A stretch of 32,000 nt of DNA from Zymomonas mobilis subsp. mobilis ATCC 10988 (GCF_000175255.2 NC_017262.1:1410001-1442000), one strand, 5' to 3'. Numbered from the stretch's first letter, positions 21,416 to 30,194 are shown. Program-made: numbers and translations. Notes: generated by a model from the letters alone, not told the origin.

Positions 21416-21703
21416 TTAGCTGATAATGCCAAGAATATCGCTTTCCTTCATGATGAGGAGGTCTTCACCATCAACGCGAACTTCGGTGCCTGACCATTTG
21501 CCGAACAGAACCCGATCACCAGCTTTGACGTCCAAAGGAACGACTTTACCGTCTTCGCTATGGGTTCCGTTACCAGCTGCGATAACTTCACCTTCCTGCG
21601 GCTTTTCTTTGGCTGTATCAGGGATAATGATACCGCCAGCTGTCTTTTCTTCAGCAGCAACGCGACGGACTAAAACTCGATCATGTAGCGGACGAAAATT
21701 CAT
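21416..21703 (-). CDS. groES: 10-kDa chaperonin GroES
   Basis: 95 aa from ATG at 21703: [40 protein letters not shown]...[26 protein letters not shown] upstream. The track ORF start at 21751 is too long and would overlap the CIRCE. Confidence 0.98.
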   Translation of the reverse strand: MNFRPLHDRVLVRRVAAEEKTAGGIIIPDTAKEKPQEGEVIAAGNGTHSEDGKVVPLDVKAGDRVLFGKWSGTEVRVDGEDLLIMKESDILGIIS

Positions 21704-21744
21704 ATCTTCACCTTTTCCCTTGCGAAAACTAGGGGGAATTCCTG

Positions 21745-21771
21745 CTGGCACTCTCCCTTACGAAGTGCCAA
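21745..21771. promoter_or_regulatory. CIRCE element (HrcA operator) upstream of groESL
   Basis: On the minus strand TTGGCACTT-CGTAAGGGA-GAGTGCCAG, near-consensus TTAGCACTC-N9-GAGTGCTAA. Confidence 0.92.
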
Positions 21772-21779
21772 TGTCCCCC

Positions 21780-21807
21780 ATATGGGGTAGTATTTCGGGA
21801 CGTCAAG
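21780..21807 (-). promoter_or_regulatory. Candidate sigma32 (RpoH) heat-shock promoter for groESL
   Basis: Minus strand CTTGACG-N13-CCCCATAT, matching the RpoH-type -35/-10 pattern, placed just upstream of the CIRCE. Confidence 0.75.
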
Positions 21808-21818
21808 CTATCCTTTAA

Positions 21819-21860
21819 AAATTTTTATAAAAATTTGTTGTTTCATCTTTTTATAAAAAT
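21819..21860. repeat. Pair of AT-rich palindromes sharing TTTTTATAAAAAT
   Basis: Perfect 18-bp palindrome AAATTTTTATAAAAATTT (21819-21836). A second TTTTTATAAAAA palindrome at 21848-21859. The shared 13-mers start 26 bp apart. Confidence 0.7.
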
Positions 21861-22066
21861 CTTCGCTCATTTTTGCATATGATATAGCCGTCTAATTCTT
21901 ACAGATAAGAGCGTGAAATATAGATTTTCACCGTTTAAAATGTAATCCAAGTTCATCGCATTATCTGGCTTTTGGTCTGATTAGACTGGCTATTACGCTT
22001 GACTCTTTATTTTATTAAGGCTCAGGCTCAACGAAAATAAATCATGAAATCAAAGGAGCCAAAACG

Positions 22067-23980
22067 TTGAAATTACTGCGGCTGTTCTGGAAAATGTTAG
22101 TCGGCATAAAAGATGTGCTGGCTCTCATACTACTCGTTTTATTTTTTGGAGCTATTTTTGTTGGTCTCTGCCTAACCACCAAAAATGGCGCAATCTCAAG
22201 CCGCAATCTTGGTGCCGCATCAGCTGCGGACGGGGCGCTCCTTATTGATTTTTCAGGCAATCTTGTCGAAAAAACGGAAGGCACCAGCTTTCTTGATCTT
22301 ATTCAAGATAACAACAATCAAAATGAAATCCTCTTAAGAGAGGTTGTCTATGGGTTGGAGCAGGCCGCCCGTAATCCTAAAATCAAAGCCGTTGTCCTTG
22401 ATCTATCGGATTTTTCCGGTGGTGGACGCGCCGCTATCAGCGCGGTCGATAACGCTTTAGATAAGGTAAGAGCCGCCGGTAAACCTGTTCTTTCTTTTGC
22501 TGGTTTTTACAACGATGCCCGCTACCGTATTGCCGCTCATGGCACTGAAATCTGGCTGCCTAATCTAGGTGAAGTCGCTTTATTAGGCGTAGGGGGTAAC
22601 CAACTTTACTATAAAGGTCTCTTGGATAAATTAGGTGTCGAAACCAAAATTTATCGGGTGGGCCGTTTTAAATCCTTTGTCGAACCATTTACGCGTACCG
22701 AACAATCCCCAGATGCTAAAGCCGCTAATCAGGCCTTGGCTAATTCTCTATGGCAAACGACCCTTCAAGATATAGCCCATGCCCGCCCCAAGGCACATGT
22801 CGCTGAATGGGCTCTTAATCCAACAAGCTTTTTAAAGAGCGGTCATAGCTTTGCAGAATTAGCCCAATCTGCGGGTATGATTGACCATATCGGTAATGCG
22901 ATAGACTTCGGAAATCGGGTCGCTTCTCTTGTCGGCAAAGACAAACAGCCAGGGAGTTTCAAGGCCGTTTCCCTCGCTTCTTTTATTGGTTCCAATCCGC
23001 CGTCTTCTGCTGGTAGTGCTATCGGGGTTGTAACCGTTTCTGGCGAAATTGTTGACGACGAAACTCGATCCGGTCAGGTAAGTGGTTCCACTATTTCTTC
23101 TCTCATTTTAGATACCTTGGCAAAGGGCGACATCAAAGCCTTGGTTGTGAGAGTGGATTCTCCGGGTGGTTCAGTCTCTGCTGCTGAGCAAATGCGCTCT
23201 GCTATCCTTGCTGCCAAAGCCAAAGGTCTACCTGTCATCGTTTCGATGGGATCGGTTGCCGCTTCCGGCGGTTATTGGATATCGACGCCAGCCGATAAAA
23301 TCTTTGCAGATCCATCCACAATCACCGGTTCGATCGGTGTTTTCTCACTGATTCCAACCTTTCAGCAAACGCTACACAAAATTGGTCTTTCTGCTGATGG
23401 GGTCAAAACAACACCCCTTTCTGGCCAGCCAGATGTCTTCCGTGGCACGACGCCCGAATTTGATCAGCTAATGCAATTTGGTGTTGATACCATTTACGAT
23501 CGCTTTACTTCGATTGTTGCCTCATCAAGACATTTACCTTTGGACAAGGTTCGTGAAATTGCCGAAGGGCGCGTTTGGTCTGGTGTAGATGCCAAGAAAA
23601 TAGGTCTTGTAGATCAGTATGGTTCTTTACAGGATGCCGTCACCGAGGCTGCGAAAAGAGCTCATCTTGACCCCAGCCATACGCATATGCAGTTTATTGA
23701 TGAAGAGCCTTCTTTTGTTGAGATGATCTTAAAAAATCTGTTTCAGCATCAGGCCTCAGACGCCAAAATAGTAGCGCGTAATCCTAATATAGACGCTTAT
23801 GGTTCTATGGCGGGCAACAGTCAGGAGCAACTGGTTCGGATAGTGGCTGCAATAAGGGGCATAGCGCAGACTTCTACAATGCAGGCTCGCTGTCTGGAAT
23901 GTGTTGTTGAGGTTAAACCCACCTCTCAAGACCGCTATCTTGCCGATCGTTTGATTACACAAACGGCACTACGACCCTAA
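22067..23980 (+). CDS. sppA: Signal peptide peptidase SppA, 67K-type
   Basis: 637 aa; N-terminal TM; GDIKALVVRVDSPGGSVSAAEQMRSAI, GLPVIVSMGSVAASGGYWISTPADKIFADPSTITGSIGVF. TTG start with AAAGGAG upstream. Confidence 0.93.
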   Translation: MKLLRLFWKMLVGIKDVLALILLVLFFGAIFVGLCLTTKNGAISSRNLGAASAADGALLIDFSGNLVEKTEGTSFLDLIQDNNNQNEILLREVVYGLEQAARNPKIKAVVLDLSDFSGGGRAAISAVDNALDKVRAAGKPVLSFAGFYNDARYRIAAHGTEIWLPNLGEVALLGVGGNQLYYKGLLDKLGVETKIYRVGRFKSFVEPFTRTEQSPDAKAANQALANSLWQTTLQDIAHARPKAHVAEWALNPTSFLKSGHSFAELAQSAGMIDHIGNAIDFGNRVASLVGKDKQPGSFKAVSLASFIGSNPPSSAGSAIGVVTVSGEIVDDETRSGQVSGSTISSLILDTLAKGDIKALVVRVDSPGGSVSAAEQMRSAILAAKAKGLPVIVSMGSVAASGGYWISTPADKIFADPSTITGSIGVFSLIPTFQQTLHKIGLSADGVKTTPLSGQPDVFRGTTPEFDQLMQFGVDTIYDRFTSIVASSRHLPLDKVREIAEGRVWSGVDAKKIGLVDQYGSLQDAVTEAAKRAHLDPSHTHMQFIDEEPSFVEMILKNLFQHQASDAKIVARNPNIDAYGSMAGNSQEQLVRIVAAIRGIAQTSTMQARCLECVVEVKPTSQDRYLADRLITQTALRP

Positions 23981-24007
23981 GAAATTTGCTCCAATTTTAC
24001 CTTACAT

Positions 24008-24040
24008 AAAAAGGCAGAGGATTTTTCTCTGCCTTTTTTT
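24008..24040 (+). terminator. Rho-independent terminator downstream of sppA
   Basis: AAAAAGGCAGAG-GATTTTT-CTCTGCCTTTTTTT. Confidence 0.92.
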
Positions 24041-24147
24041 ATCTTTGATACAATGCTAAATCGGCTTTCAATTAGGCTGTAATGCCACATAATTAAATCA
24101 GTTCGCTTTGTGTCCGGTTATTCTCGGTAATTTATTCCTGTATAGAC

Positions 24148-24184
24148 TTGCCTAAATGCGCTTTTCATAGAATAATTTAGGCAA
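24148..24184 (+). promoter_or_regulatory. Perfect 10-bp inverted repeat overlapping a plausible promoter for the ubiT-ubiU fusion gene
   Basis: TTGCCTAAAT (24148-24157) N17 ATTTAGGCAA (24175-24184). TTGCCT-N17-AATAAT (24148-24176) resembles -35/-10. Lies 26 nt upstream of ATG 24211. Confidence 0.6.
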
Positions 24185-24210
24185 TATTTTTAAAGGCTGA
24201 ATTCGTATTT

Positions 24211-25956
24211 ATGGATGCCTCCACTTTATCTTTTCGCAGTGCGTCGTCGTCAGCACGATCTTTCCCCTTTCTTTCTATGTCAGCAGAAAGACAGGATCTA
24301 TTTTTCTCATTGGCCTTAACCGCATTACCGCGGCCAATGATTACACCTTTATGCAGAATAATAGTTGCACGATTAGAGCATAGAATTCCCGGTTTGAAAG
24401 AGCGACTTCGCCCACTGGATGGCAAAACAGTTTTTATTCAGCCGAAAGATTTAACGGTTGGCTTTTTGTTATCTATTTCCAATGGACATCCTCATTTAAC
24501 GGCGATTTCTCCTGAATCTTTGCCGAAGAAGACGGATATGGATGCGCGTTTAGAAGCTTCACTCGAAGTCTTTTTCCATTTGCTTCATGGTGAGAGTGAT
24601 GGAGATGCTCTTTTCTTCTCACGCGATCTGAAAGTGGATGGCGATATGTCTGTCGTTGTTGCGCTTAGAAATGCGATGGATGGTCTTGGAGAAGATTTGC
24701 TCAAAGATGTTTTCACGCTGCCACAGCCTTTCCGCAGCCTGTTTAACCGAGCCGGTGGCGTAGCCAATCGCTGTCTCGATCGAATAATCGACCCTTTTTT
24801 AAAAAAAACAGCAAAACTGGAAAATCGCCTCTCAAAAATTCAGGCTGAAATCGATGCTTTGCGTCAAAAAGAAGAGGATATTCCTTTAAAGAGCGTCCAT
24901 AATTCTATCGAAAAAGACCAAGAGAATAACGCTGATCTTAGTGGGACAGCAAAAAATGCAATCGAGTTATTAGCACCTGCCGGAACGCCTGCTGCTTTAA
25001 GGTCCGCGATTGATGCTGGTGCCAATGCTGTTTACCTCGGTTTCCGAGATGAGACGAATGCCCGTAATTATCCCGGCTTAAACTTCACTCGGGAAGATTT
25101 GAAAGAAGGGATCGCATACGCGCATCAAAGAGGACGGCGTGTTCATGTCGCGATCAATACTTATGCGGCCGCCGGACATATGGATTCATGGTATAAAGCC
25201 ATTGATACGGCGGCAGAATTAGGGGCTGATGCCCTTATTATGGCTGACATGGGCTTGCTTTCTTATGCCAGCCAGCATTACCCTGATTTGTCGCGGCATC
25301 TTTCGGTTCAGGCAGGGGCCTCTACCCCTGCGGCCATTCAGTTCTACTATGAAATGTTTGGTATTAACCGTATGGTTTTGCCAAGAATGTTTACGCTTGA
25401 TGAAATCGCGGCTTTAAAAGAGAAAGTGCCGATTGAAATCGAGACCTTTATTTTCGGTAGCTTATCTCCGATGTCCGAAGGGCGCTGCGCGCTTTCAGCC
25501 TATGCGACGGGTCGTTCTCCTAATCTTTGCGGCGTTTGCTCTCCGGCGGAACATGTCCGTTACAAGAATGAGGATGGTGTTCTTATTTCGCAGCTTGGCG
25601 ATTTTGTGATCAATCGTTTTGGAAAAGATGAAGCGGCAGGATATCCGACCCTTTGTAAGGGGCGCTATATCCCCAAAGGTGGTGAAGCCTCTTATCTTTT
25701 TGAAAAACCGGAATGCCTGAACGCTGCTGAATATATTGCCAGCCTCAGGGCAGCGGGGGTCACTTCTTTTAAAATCGAAGGTCGGCAGCGTAGTCGTTTT
25801 TATACGACAGAAGTTGTTTCCTGTTTTCGTGCACTTCTGGATGCCGAAGCCTCAGGTAAATCAGCTGACAGTTTACCTGATGTTCTGAACAGGTTACGTG
25901 ATTTGGCCGAGGGGGGCGAAGAAACCCGCGGAGCATACCGGAAAGGGTGGCGATGA
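24211..25956 (+). CDS. Fusion protein: N-terminal SCP2-like UbiT domain plus C-terminal U32-family UbiU (O2-independent ubiquinone hydroxylation)
   Basis: N-terminus contains the SCP2/UbiT-like motif ESDGDALFFSRDLKVDGDMSVVVALRNAMDGL. The C-terminus is a U32 protein (IELLAPAGTPAALRSAIDAGANAVYLGFRDETNARNYPGLNFTREDL) with cysteines GRC, NLC, GVC, TLC consistent with the UbiU Fe-S site. One uninterrupted 581-aa ORF. Confidence 0.88.
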   Translation: MDASTLSFRSASSSARSFPFLSMSAERQDLFFSLALTALPRPMITPLCRIIVARLEHRIPGLKERLRPLDGKTVFIQPKDLTVGFLLSISNGHPHLTAISPESLPKKTDMDARLEASLEVFFHLLHGESDGDALFFSRDLKVDGDMSVVVALRNAMDGLGEDLLKDVFTLPQPFRSLFNRAGGVANRCLDRIIDPFLKKTAKLENRLSKIQAEIDALRQKEEDIPLKSVHNSIEKDQENNADLSGTAKNAIELLAPAGTPAALRSAIDAGANAVYLGFRDETNARNYPGLNFTREDLKEGIAYAHQRGRRVHVAINTYAAAGHMDSWYKAIDTAAELGADALIMADMGLLSYASQHYPDLSRHLSVQAGASTPAAIQFYYEMFGINRMVLPRMFTLDEIAALKEKVPIEIETFIFGSLSPMSEGRCALSAYATGRSPNLCGVCSPAEHVRYKNEDGVLISQLGDFVINRFGKDEAAGYPTLCKGRYIPKGGEASYLFEKPECLNAAEYIASLRAAGVTSFKIEGRQRSRFYTTEVVSCFRALLDAEASGKSADSLPDVLNRLRDLAEGGEETRGAYRKGWR

Positions 25957-26906
25957 GTAGTTCTACTAGCGATCATTTGTCTTTAGGCGCGGTTATGTTT
26001 CCGTGGCCTGCTAAGATGTTACGGGATTTCTATTTTCGTATTGCCGATGAAGGCGATGTCGATACCGTTTATCTAGGTGAGGTTATCTGCTCCAAACGCT
26101 CGCCTTTCTTAAAACATTATTTGCCGGAAATTACCGATCGCCTTACAAAAGGCGGTAAGAAAATTGTCTTTTCTTCTATGGCTTTGGTCGGAACCGCTGA
26201 TGAAGTCAGGGAAATGGAAGCGCTGGTCGAAAAGACCGATGGGCTTATCGAGGCAAATGACGTTAGCCTTGTCCGTTTATTACAGGGCAAGCCTCATCAT
26301 TTGGGGCCTTTTGTTAATATCTATAACGAAGGTGCGCTTGATTTCTTAACGCGCTTAGGAGCTGAAAAGGCTTGCTTAAATCCTGAATTACCCGCCACGG
26401 TTATTAAAGAACTCGCCCAGAAAAGCGCTATTCCTTTAGAGGTGATTGTCTTTGGGCGATTACCTATTTCTATTTCTGCTCGTTGTTTTGATGCCCGGGC
26501 TAAAGGCCGGACGAAAGATAATTGTCGTTTTGCTTGTCTCCATCATCGGGATGGATTGACGATCAGCACTCTCGAAAATGAGCCCTTTTTAACGGTCAAT
26601 GGTATGCAAACTTTGACCTATGGTTGCGGTAATTTAATTCAGGCTATTCCCGAATTACAGCAAGCCGGAATCCACAGTTTCCGCTTGTCGCCTCAGTCAG
26701 GCGATATGGTCGCAACGGCTTCGCTGTTTAGACAATGTTTGGCGGGTCAAATCGATGCGACAGAAGCAAGCACGCTTTTGGCAAGCTATCATCCTGAAAT
26801 GCCAGGTTTTGCCAATGGTTTTCTCTATGGCCAACCTGGGCATAAATTTATCACGGACGGCCCTGTTTTAAATCCGTCACCCCTTAAAAAGACAGAGAGT
26901 GCTTGA
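25953..26906 (+). CDS. ubiV: U32-family UbiV, O2-independent ubiquinone biosynthesis
   Basis: VYLGEVICSKRSPF, ISISARCFDARAKGRTKDNCRFAC (C-X12-C-X3-C), NGMQTLTYG. ATG 25953 overlaps the upstream TGA (ATGA). The track start at 25947 is a GTG. Confidence 0.92.
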   Translation: MSSSTSDHLSLGAVMFPWPAKMLRDFYFRIADEGDVDTVYLGEVICSKRSPFLKHYLPEITDRLTKGGKKIVFSSMALVGTADEVREMEALVEKTDGLIEANDVSLVRLLQGKPHHLGPFVNIYNEGALDFLTRLGAEKACLNPELPATVIKELAQKSAIPLEVIVFGRLPISISARCFDARAKGRTKDNCRFACLHHRDGLTISTLENEPFLTVNGMQTLTYGCGNLIQAIPELQQAGIHSFRLSPQSGDMVATASLFRQCLAGQIDATEASTLLASYHPEMPGFANGFLYGQPGHKFITDGPVLNPSPLKKTESA

Positions 26907-26917
26907 TAAAGACGCGT

Positions 26918-28393
26918 TTATGACTTCCTGTCGGGTAATTTTTGACTGTATTCAAAAATATGCCGATGCAATCCGGCAGGAGTCAAATCTTCCTCTTGGC
27001 CTTGAGGTGGCGTTATAATGCCTTCCTCATCGAAACAGAGCAAAACATAAGGTGTATATCGCTCAGGCGTTGGCACACTAATTTCAGGGATGCTGGGTCT
27101 ATGATCTCCAAAAAAGGCAATAACAGCCCGTTTTTTGGCCTCTTTGAAATAAGATACTAACCCACCCAACATTTTATCGCTATTTTCAGCATGACGAATA
27201 TAGGAAAGAAGTAAGGCTTCCGGTGTCGCTTTACCATCGGCATCCCAAGGGCCATGATTTTCCATGGTTACCGTATAGATAAAGGTTGGATGCTGATTCC
27301 CTTCTATAATCTCTATGATCTTTTTACCCAAAGTCACATCATCGACATAGCGTTGTCCTGCTTTCGGCGATGAAAAATAGTCTAGACCGATTAAACGAGA
27401 GAACCCTGCCGAAGGCATAATATCGTCACGGTTGTAAAAACGCATATCATGCGGATGGACAAAAAATGATTGATAGCCATAAGGCTGTAAACGTGCCGAT
27501 AAGGCGTAAGTAATTTCTTTTTTGGCTGTCATGAAAGGATCGAATTGGCGAAAGCCAAGGTCTTTTTCTTCTCTCCCAAATAACACGCCATATTCTGTCC
27601 GCATGGTATAGGCACCGAAACCGTTGACGTGTAATTTACCGCTTTTCCATGCCCATTTTTGCGCTTCTTGCAGGGCGGGCAAGGGGGCTCTTGTGCCTTC
27701 TGGGACAAGATGGGCTGGGTCCATAAAGGACTCACATTGAATAACCAGAATAATTTCGGGTTTTCTCGATAAATCTAATTCTTCTTCACACTCTTCTTGG
27801 AAATTTAAAGGCGTTGGATCGGGACTTTTCCGCCATCTTTGCCAATAGAGAAATAGAACAGCAATCATGCCTAGTTTTTTTGAATCTTTTTCTAAAGACG
27901 GCTCTATGGCTAACTGATTGAAAAGGGGTGTTTTCAAAGCAAAATACAAAAACAAACAATCGAGCGCAAAAAGCAGAAAACCTCTTAAATGGGCTGAAAA
28001 TTGTCTATTATTGAAAATAATAAAAAACAGAAGCAGAATAGGTGTTACCGTCGCAAGTAACCAACAGGTTAAAGAAGAAAGCGCCGTTAAATAAAATCTG
28101 GGATGACGCGCGACAGAAACCAAAACTAAAAAATCGGAGAAAATTAGGGGTTCTCCAAGCATTTTATATTTTGTATTTGAAATAGCGGTTAAAGCGGATT
28201 GTAATGATAAAGTTATAATAGATGATAATAAAGGATTACCTGTTAAGAACAGAAATAGACTATAGGCTGCTGTGACGACACCGCTATGAAGGATAAGACC
28301 GCCGCCGCTTCTTCTACCATAAGGTAGGGAGTAATGGTCTATAACAAAGCTTATAATAAGGGTTACTGCCAAAAACAGTAGGTCATTTATCAC
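26918..28393 (-). CDS. LTA synthase-like / sulfatase-fold membrane transferase (phosphoglycerol or phosphoethanolamine transferase-type)
   Basis: N-terminal TMs, then a periplasmic domain with IILVIQCESFMDP, GAYTMRTEYGVLFG (nucleophile Thr), FFVHPHDMRFYNRD, VTMENHGPWD, VIAFFGDHRPSIPE. Confidence 0.8.
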   Translation of the reverse strand: MINDLLFLAVTLIISFVIDHYSLPYGRRSGGGLILHSGVVTAAYSLFLFLTGNPLLSSIITLSLQSALTAISNTKYKMLGEPLIFSDFLVLVSVARHPRFYLTALSSLTCWLLATVTPILLLFFIIFNNRQFSAHLRGFLLFALDCLFLYFALKTPLFNQLAIEPSLEKDSKKLGMIAVLFLYWQRWRKSPDPTPLNFQEECEEELDLSRKPEIILVIQCESFMDPAHLVPEGTRAPLPALQEAQKWAWKSGKLHVNGFGAYTMRTEYGVLFGREEKDLGFRQFDPFMTAKKEITYALSARLQPYGYQSFFVHPHDMRFYNRDDIMPSAGFSRLIGLDYFSSPKAGQRYVDDVTLGKKIIEIIEGNQHPTFIYTVTMENHGPWDADGKATPEALLLSYIRHAENSDKMLGGLVSYFKEAKKRAVIAFFGDHRPSIPEISVPTPERYTPYVLLCFDEEGIITPPQGQEEDLTPAGLHRHIFEYSQKLPDRKS

Positions 28394-28797
28394 TTTGGAT
28401 TACTGCCTTAAACTACGATCAAATCAGAAAATAAATGGGTGAAGAAAAACGTCTATGAGCCGCTATAGTGACTCTGTCTATGCCTCTTAAGCTTTAAGGG
28501 GATATTCTGTGCGCTTTCCACTATTGCAGCGACACCTCATCTCATAATAATTCTCTAGAATGATGAGAATATTGTGAAATTCCTGCCATAAATTCCATAA
28601 ATAGCCTATGAACAGGGCTATTAAATTCGATTTGTTTTTATTATCAGAAGTATTCGTATAACGATTGTCTTTAAATCAAGACAAGAAATTGTTTTATTCC
28701 TGTCGCGTAGATGAAAGGGGCCGTATGGCCGAAATCGTCCTTCAAAGCTTATCCCCAAGCAGATATTTCATCAGGCGTATTCCAGAGAACAAAAACC

Positions 28798-30192
28798 ATG
28801 TATGAATATCGGAAGACGATTGCCGAGAGTGATAACGCGCCTTTAATTGCTGCGCCTGCCACTCGGGTGCCGCTCCCCAAACGCAATCTTTTATTGCTGC
28901 AAGGGCTCATGGGGCCTTTATTTCGCCGACTTGGTCAAGCTCTGACAAAGCACGGTTATACCGTTTATAAAATTAACTTTAATGGTGGCGATCGCTTTTT
29001 TTGGCGTTTGCCTAACGGTATCGATTTTTGCGGAAATGAAGACGATTGGCCTGCTTTTTTTGAGGAAACCGTCAAAAAACGGAATATCACCGATGTTGTT
29101 TTATTTGGTGATTGTCGGGCTTTACATCGGGCAGCTATTCATGTTTGCCGTAAACTTCATATCCCTGTGCATGTTTTTGAAGAAGGCTATATCCGTCCGG
29201 ATTGGGTTACGCTCGAATTAGGCGGCGTCAATGGTCACTCTTCCTTACCGAAAGATCCTGAATGGTATAAGGCCGAGGCCGCTAAATTACCGCCCATAGC
29301 TGAACACCGACCCGTGCCGTCTTCTTTTGTCCGGCGTGCCTATGAAGGGGTTGCTTACAGCCTCGCTACTGCAGCTTTAAAATGGCATTATCCCCATTGG
29401 AAGGACTACCGCCCTTGGCCCCCTTTGGTCGAAGGTGTCGGTTGGTTAAGACGTTTATGTCGCCGCAAAAAAGCACAGGCTCGTACCGATATGTTGCTAG
29501 AAAGGCTGGAACGGGAACAGACACCTTATGTGTTATTCCCGTTGCAATTGGATGGCGATTCTCAGGTCAGATTGCATTCTCCTTTCAACGGAATGCTCGA
29601 TGCCATTGAACTGGTTCTAGGTTCATTTGCCTTCCATGCCCCCAAACATCTCAGGCTCGTTATAAAAGAGCATCCTCTGGATAATGGTGTCCGTGACTGG
29701 TGCGCCGAAATACGGGTGATCGCGGACAGGCTCGGTATAACCGACCGTATTGACTATATGGAACTCGGTGACATTGCCCTTGTGACCCAAAAAGCCCAAG
29801 CTCTGGTGACTATCAATAGTACCTGTGGCACTTTGGCTTTAAATTGTAACGTGCCGGTCATCACATTGGGGCAGGCTGTTTATGATATGGAAGGCGTTAC
29901 CTATCAAGGTAGTCTGGATGATTTCTGGAGTAACCCTGGCAAACCGGATCAAGAAATTTTTGGGGCTTTCCGGCGGGTCTTAATTGAAAGATGCCTTGTC
30001 GCAGGTGGCTTTTTCTCTGAAGAGGCGCTTGAAAAAGTGATGGAAGGGGTTCTTACTCGCTTGCAATCTGCCTGCCCAATTGAGCCTAGCCTTATGCATG
30101 ATTTATCAGCCAGTTTACAGCGAAGACCTTCTTCAAAATTAGTCACTGCCGTTGCAAGCCATAAACGGAATATCGCTTTCAAACGGTCATAA
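28798..30192 (+). CDS. Capsular polysaccharide biosynthesis/export protein, KpsS-like
   Basis: LLLLQGLMGPLFRRLGQALTKHGYTVYKINFNGGDRFFW, VVLFGDCRALHRAAIHVCRKLHIPVHVFEEGYIRPDWVTLE, LVTINSTCGTLALNCNVPVITLGQAVYD. ATG 28798 preferred over the track start at 28711. Confidence 0.8.
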   Translation: MYEYRKTIAESDNAPLIAAPATRVPLPKRNLLLLQGLMGPLFRRLGQALTKHGYTVYKINFNGGDRFFWRLPNGIDFCGNEDDWPAFFEETVKKRNITDVVLFGDCRALHRAAIHVCRKLHIPVHVFEEGYIRPDWVTLELGGVNGHSSLPKDPEWYKAEAAKLPPIAEHRPVPSSFVRRAYEGVAYSLATAALKWHYPHWKDYRPWPPLVEGVGWLRRLCRRKKAQARTDMLLERLEREQTPYVLFPLQLDGDSQVRLHSPFNGMLDAIELVLGSFAFHAPKHLRLVIKEHPLDNGVRDWCAEIRVIADRLGITDRIDYMELGDIALVTQKAQALVTINSTCGTLALNCNVPVITLGQAVYDMEGVTYQGSLDDFWSNPGKPDQEIFGAFRRVLIERCLVAGGFFSEEALEKVMEGVLTRLQSACPIEPSLMHDLSASLQRRPSSKLVTAVASHKRNIAFKRS

Positions 30193-30194
30193 CA

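Noticed and set aside
21704-21751. N-terminal extension of GroES ([16 protein letters not shown])
   Set aside because: Uses a non-ATG start and would run into the CIRCE region. The canonical ATG at 21703 has a good RBS and gives a standard GroES N-terminus.
21426-21818. 130-aa plus-strand ORF over groES
   Set aside because: Antisense to groES and its CIRCE/promoter; no independent evidence.
24045-24060. Possible FNR half-site TTGAT near the ubiTU gene
   Set aside because: Only the left half matches TTGAT-N4-ATCAA (here TTGATACAATGCTA), and it overlaps the sppA terminator region. Too weak to call.
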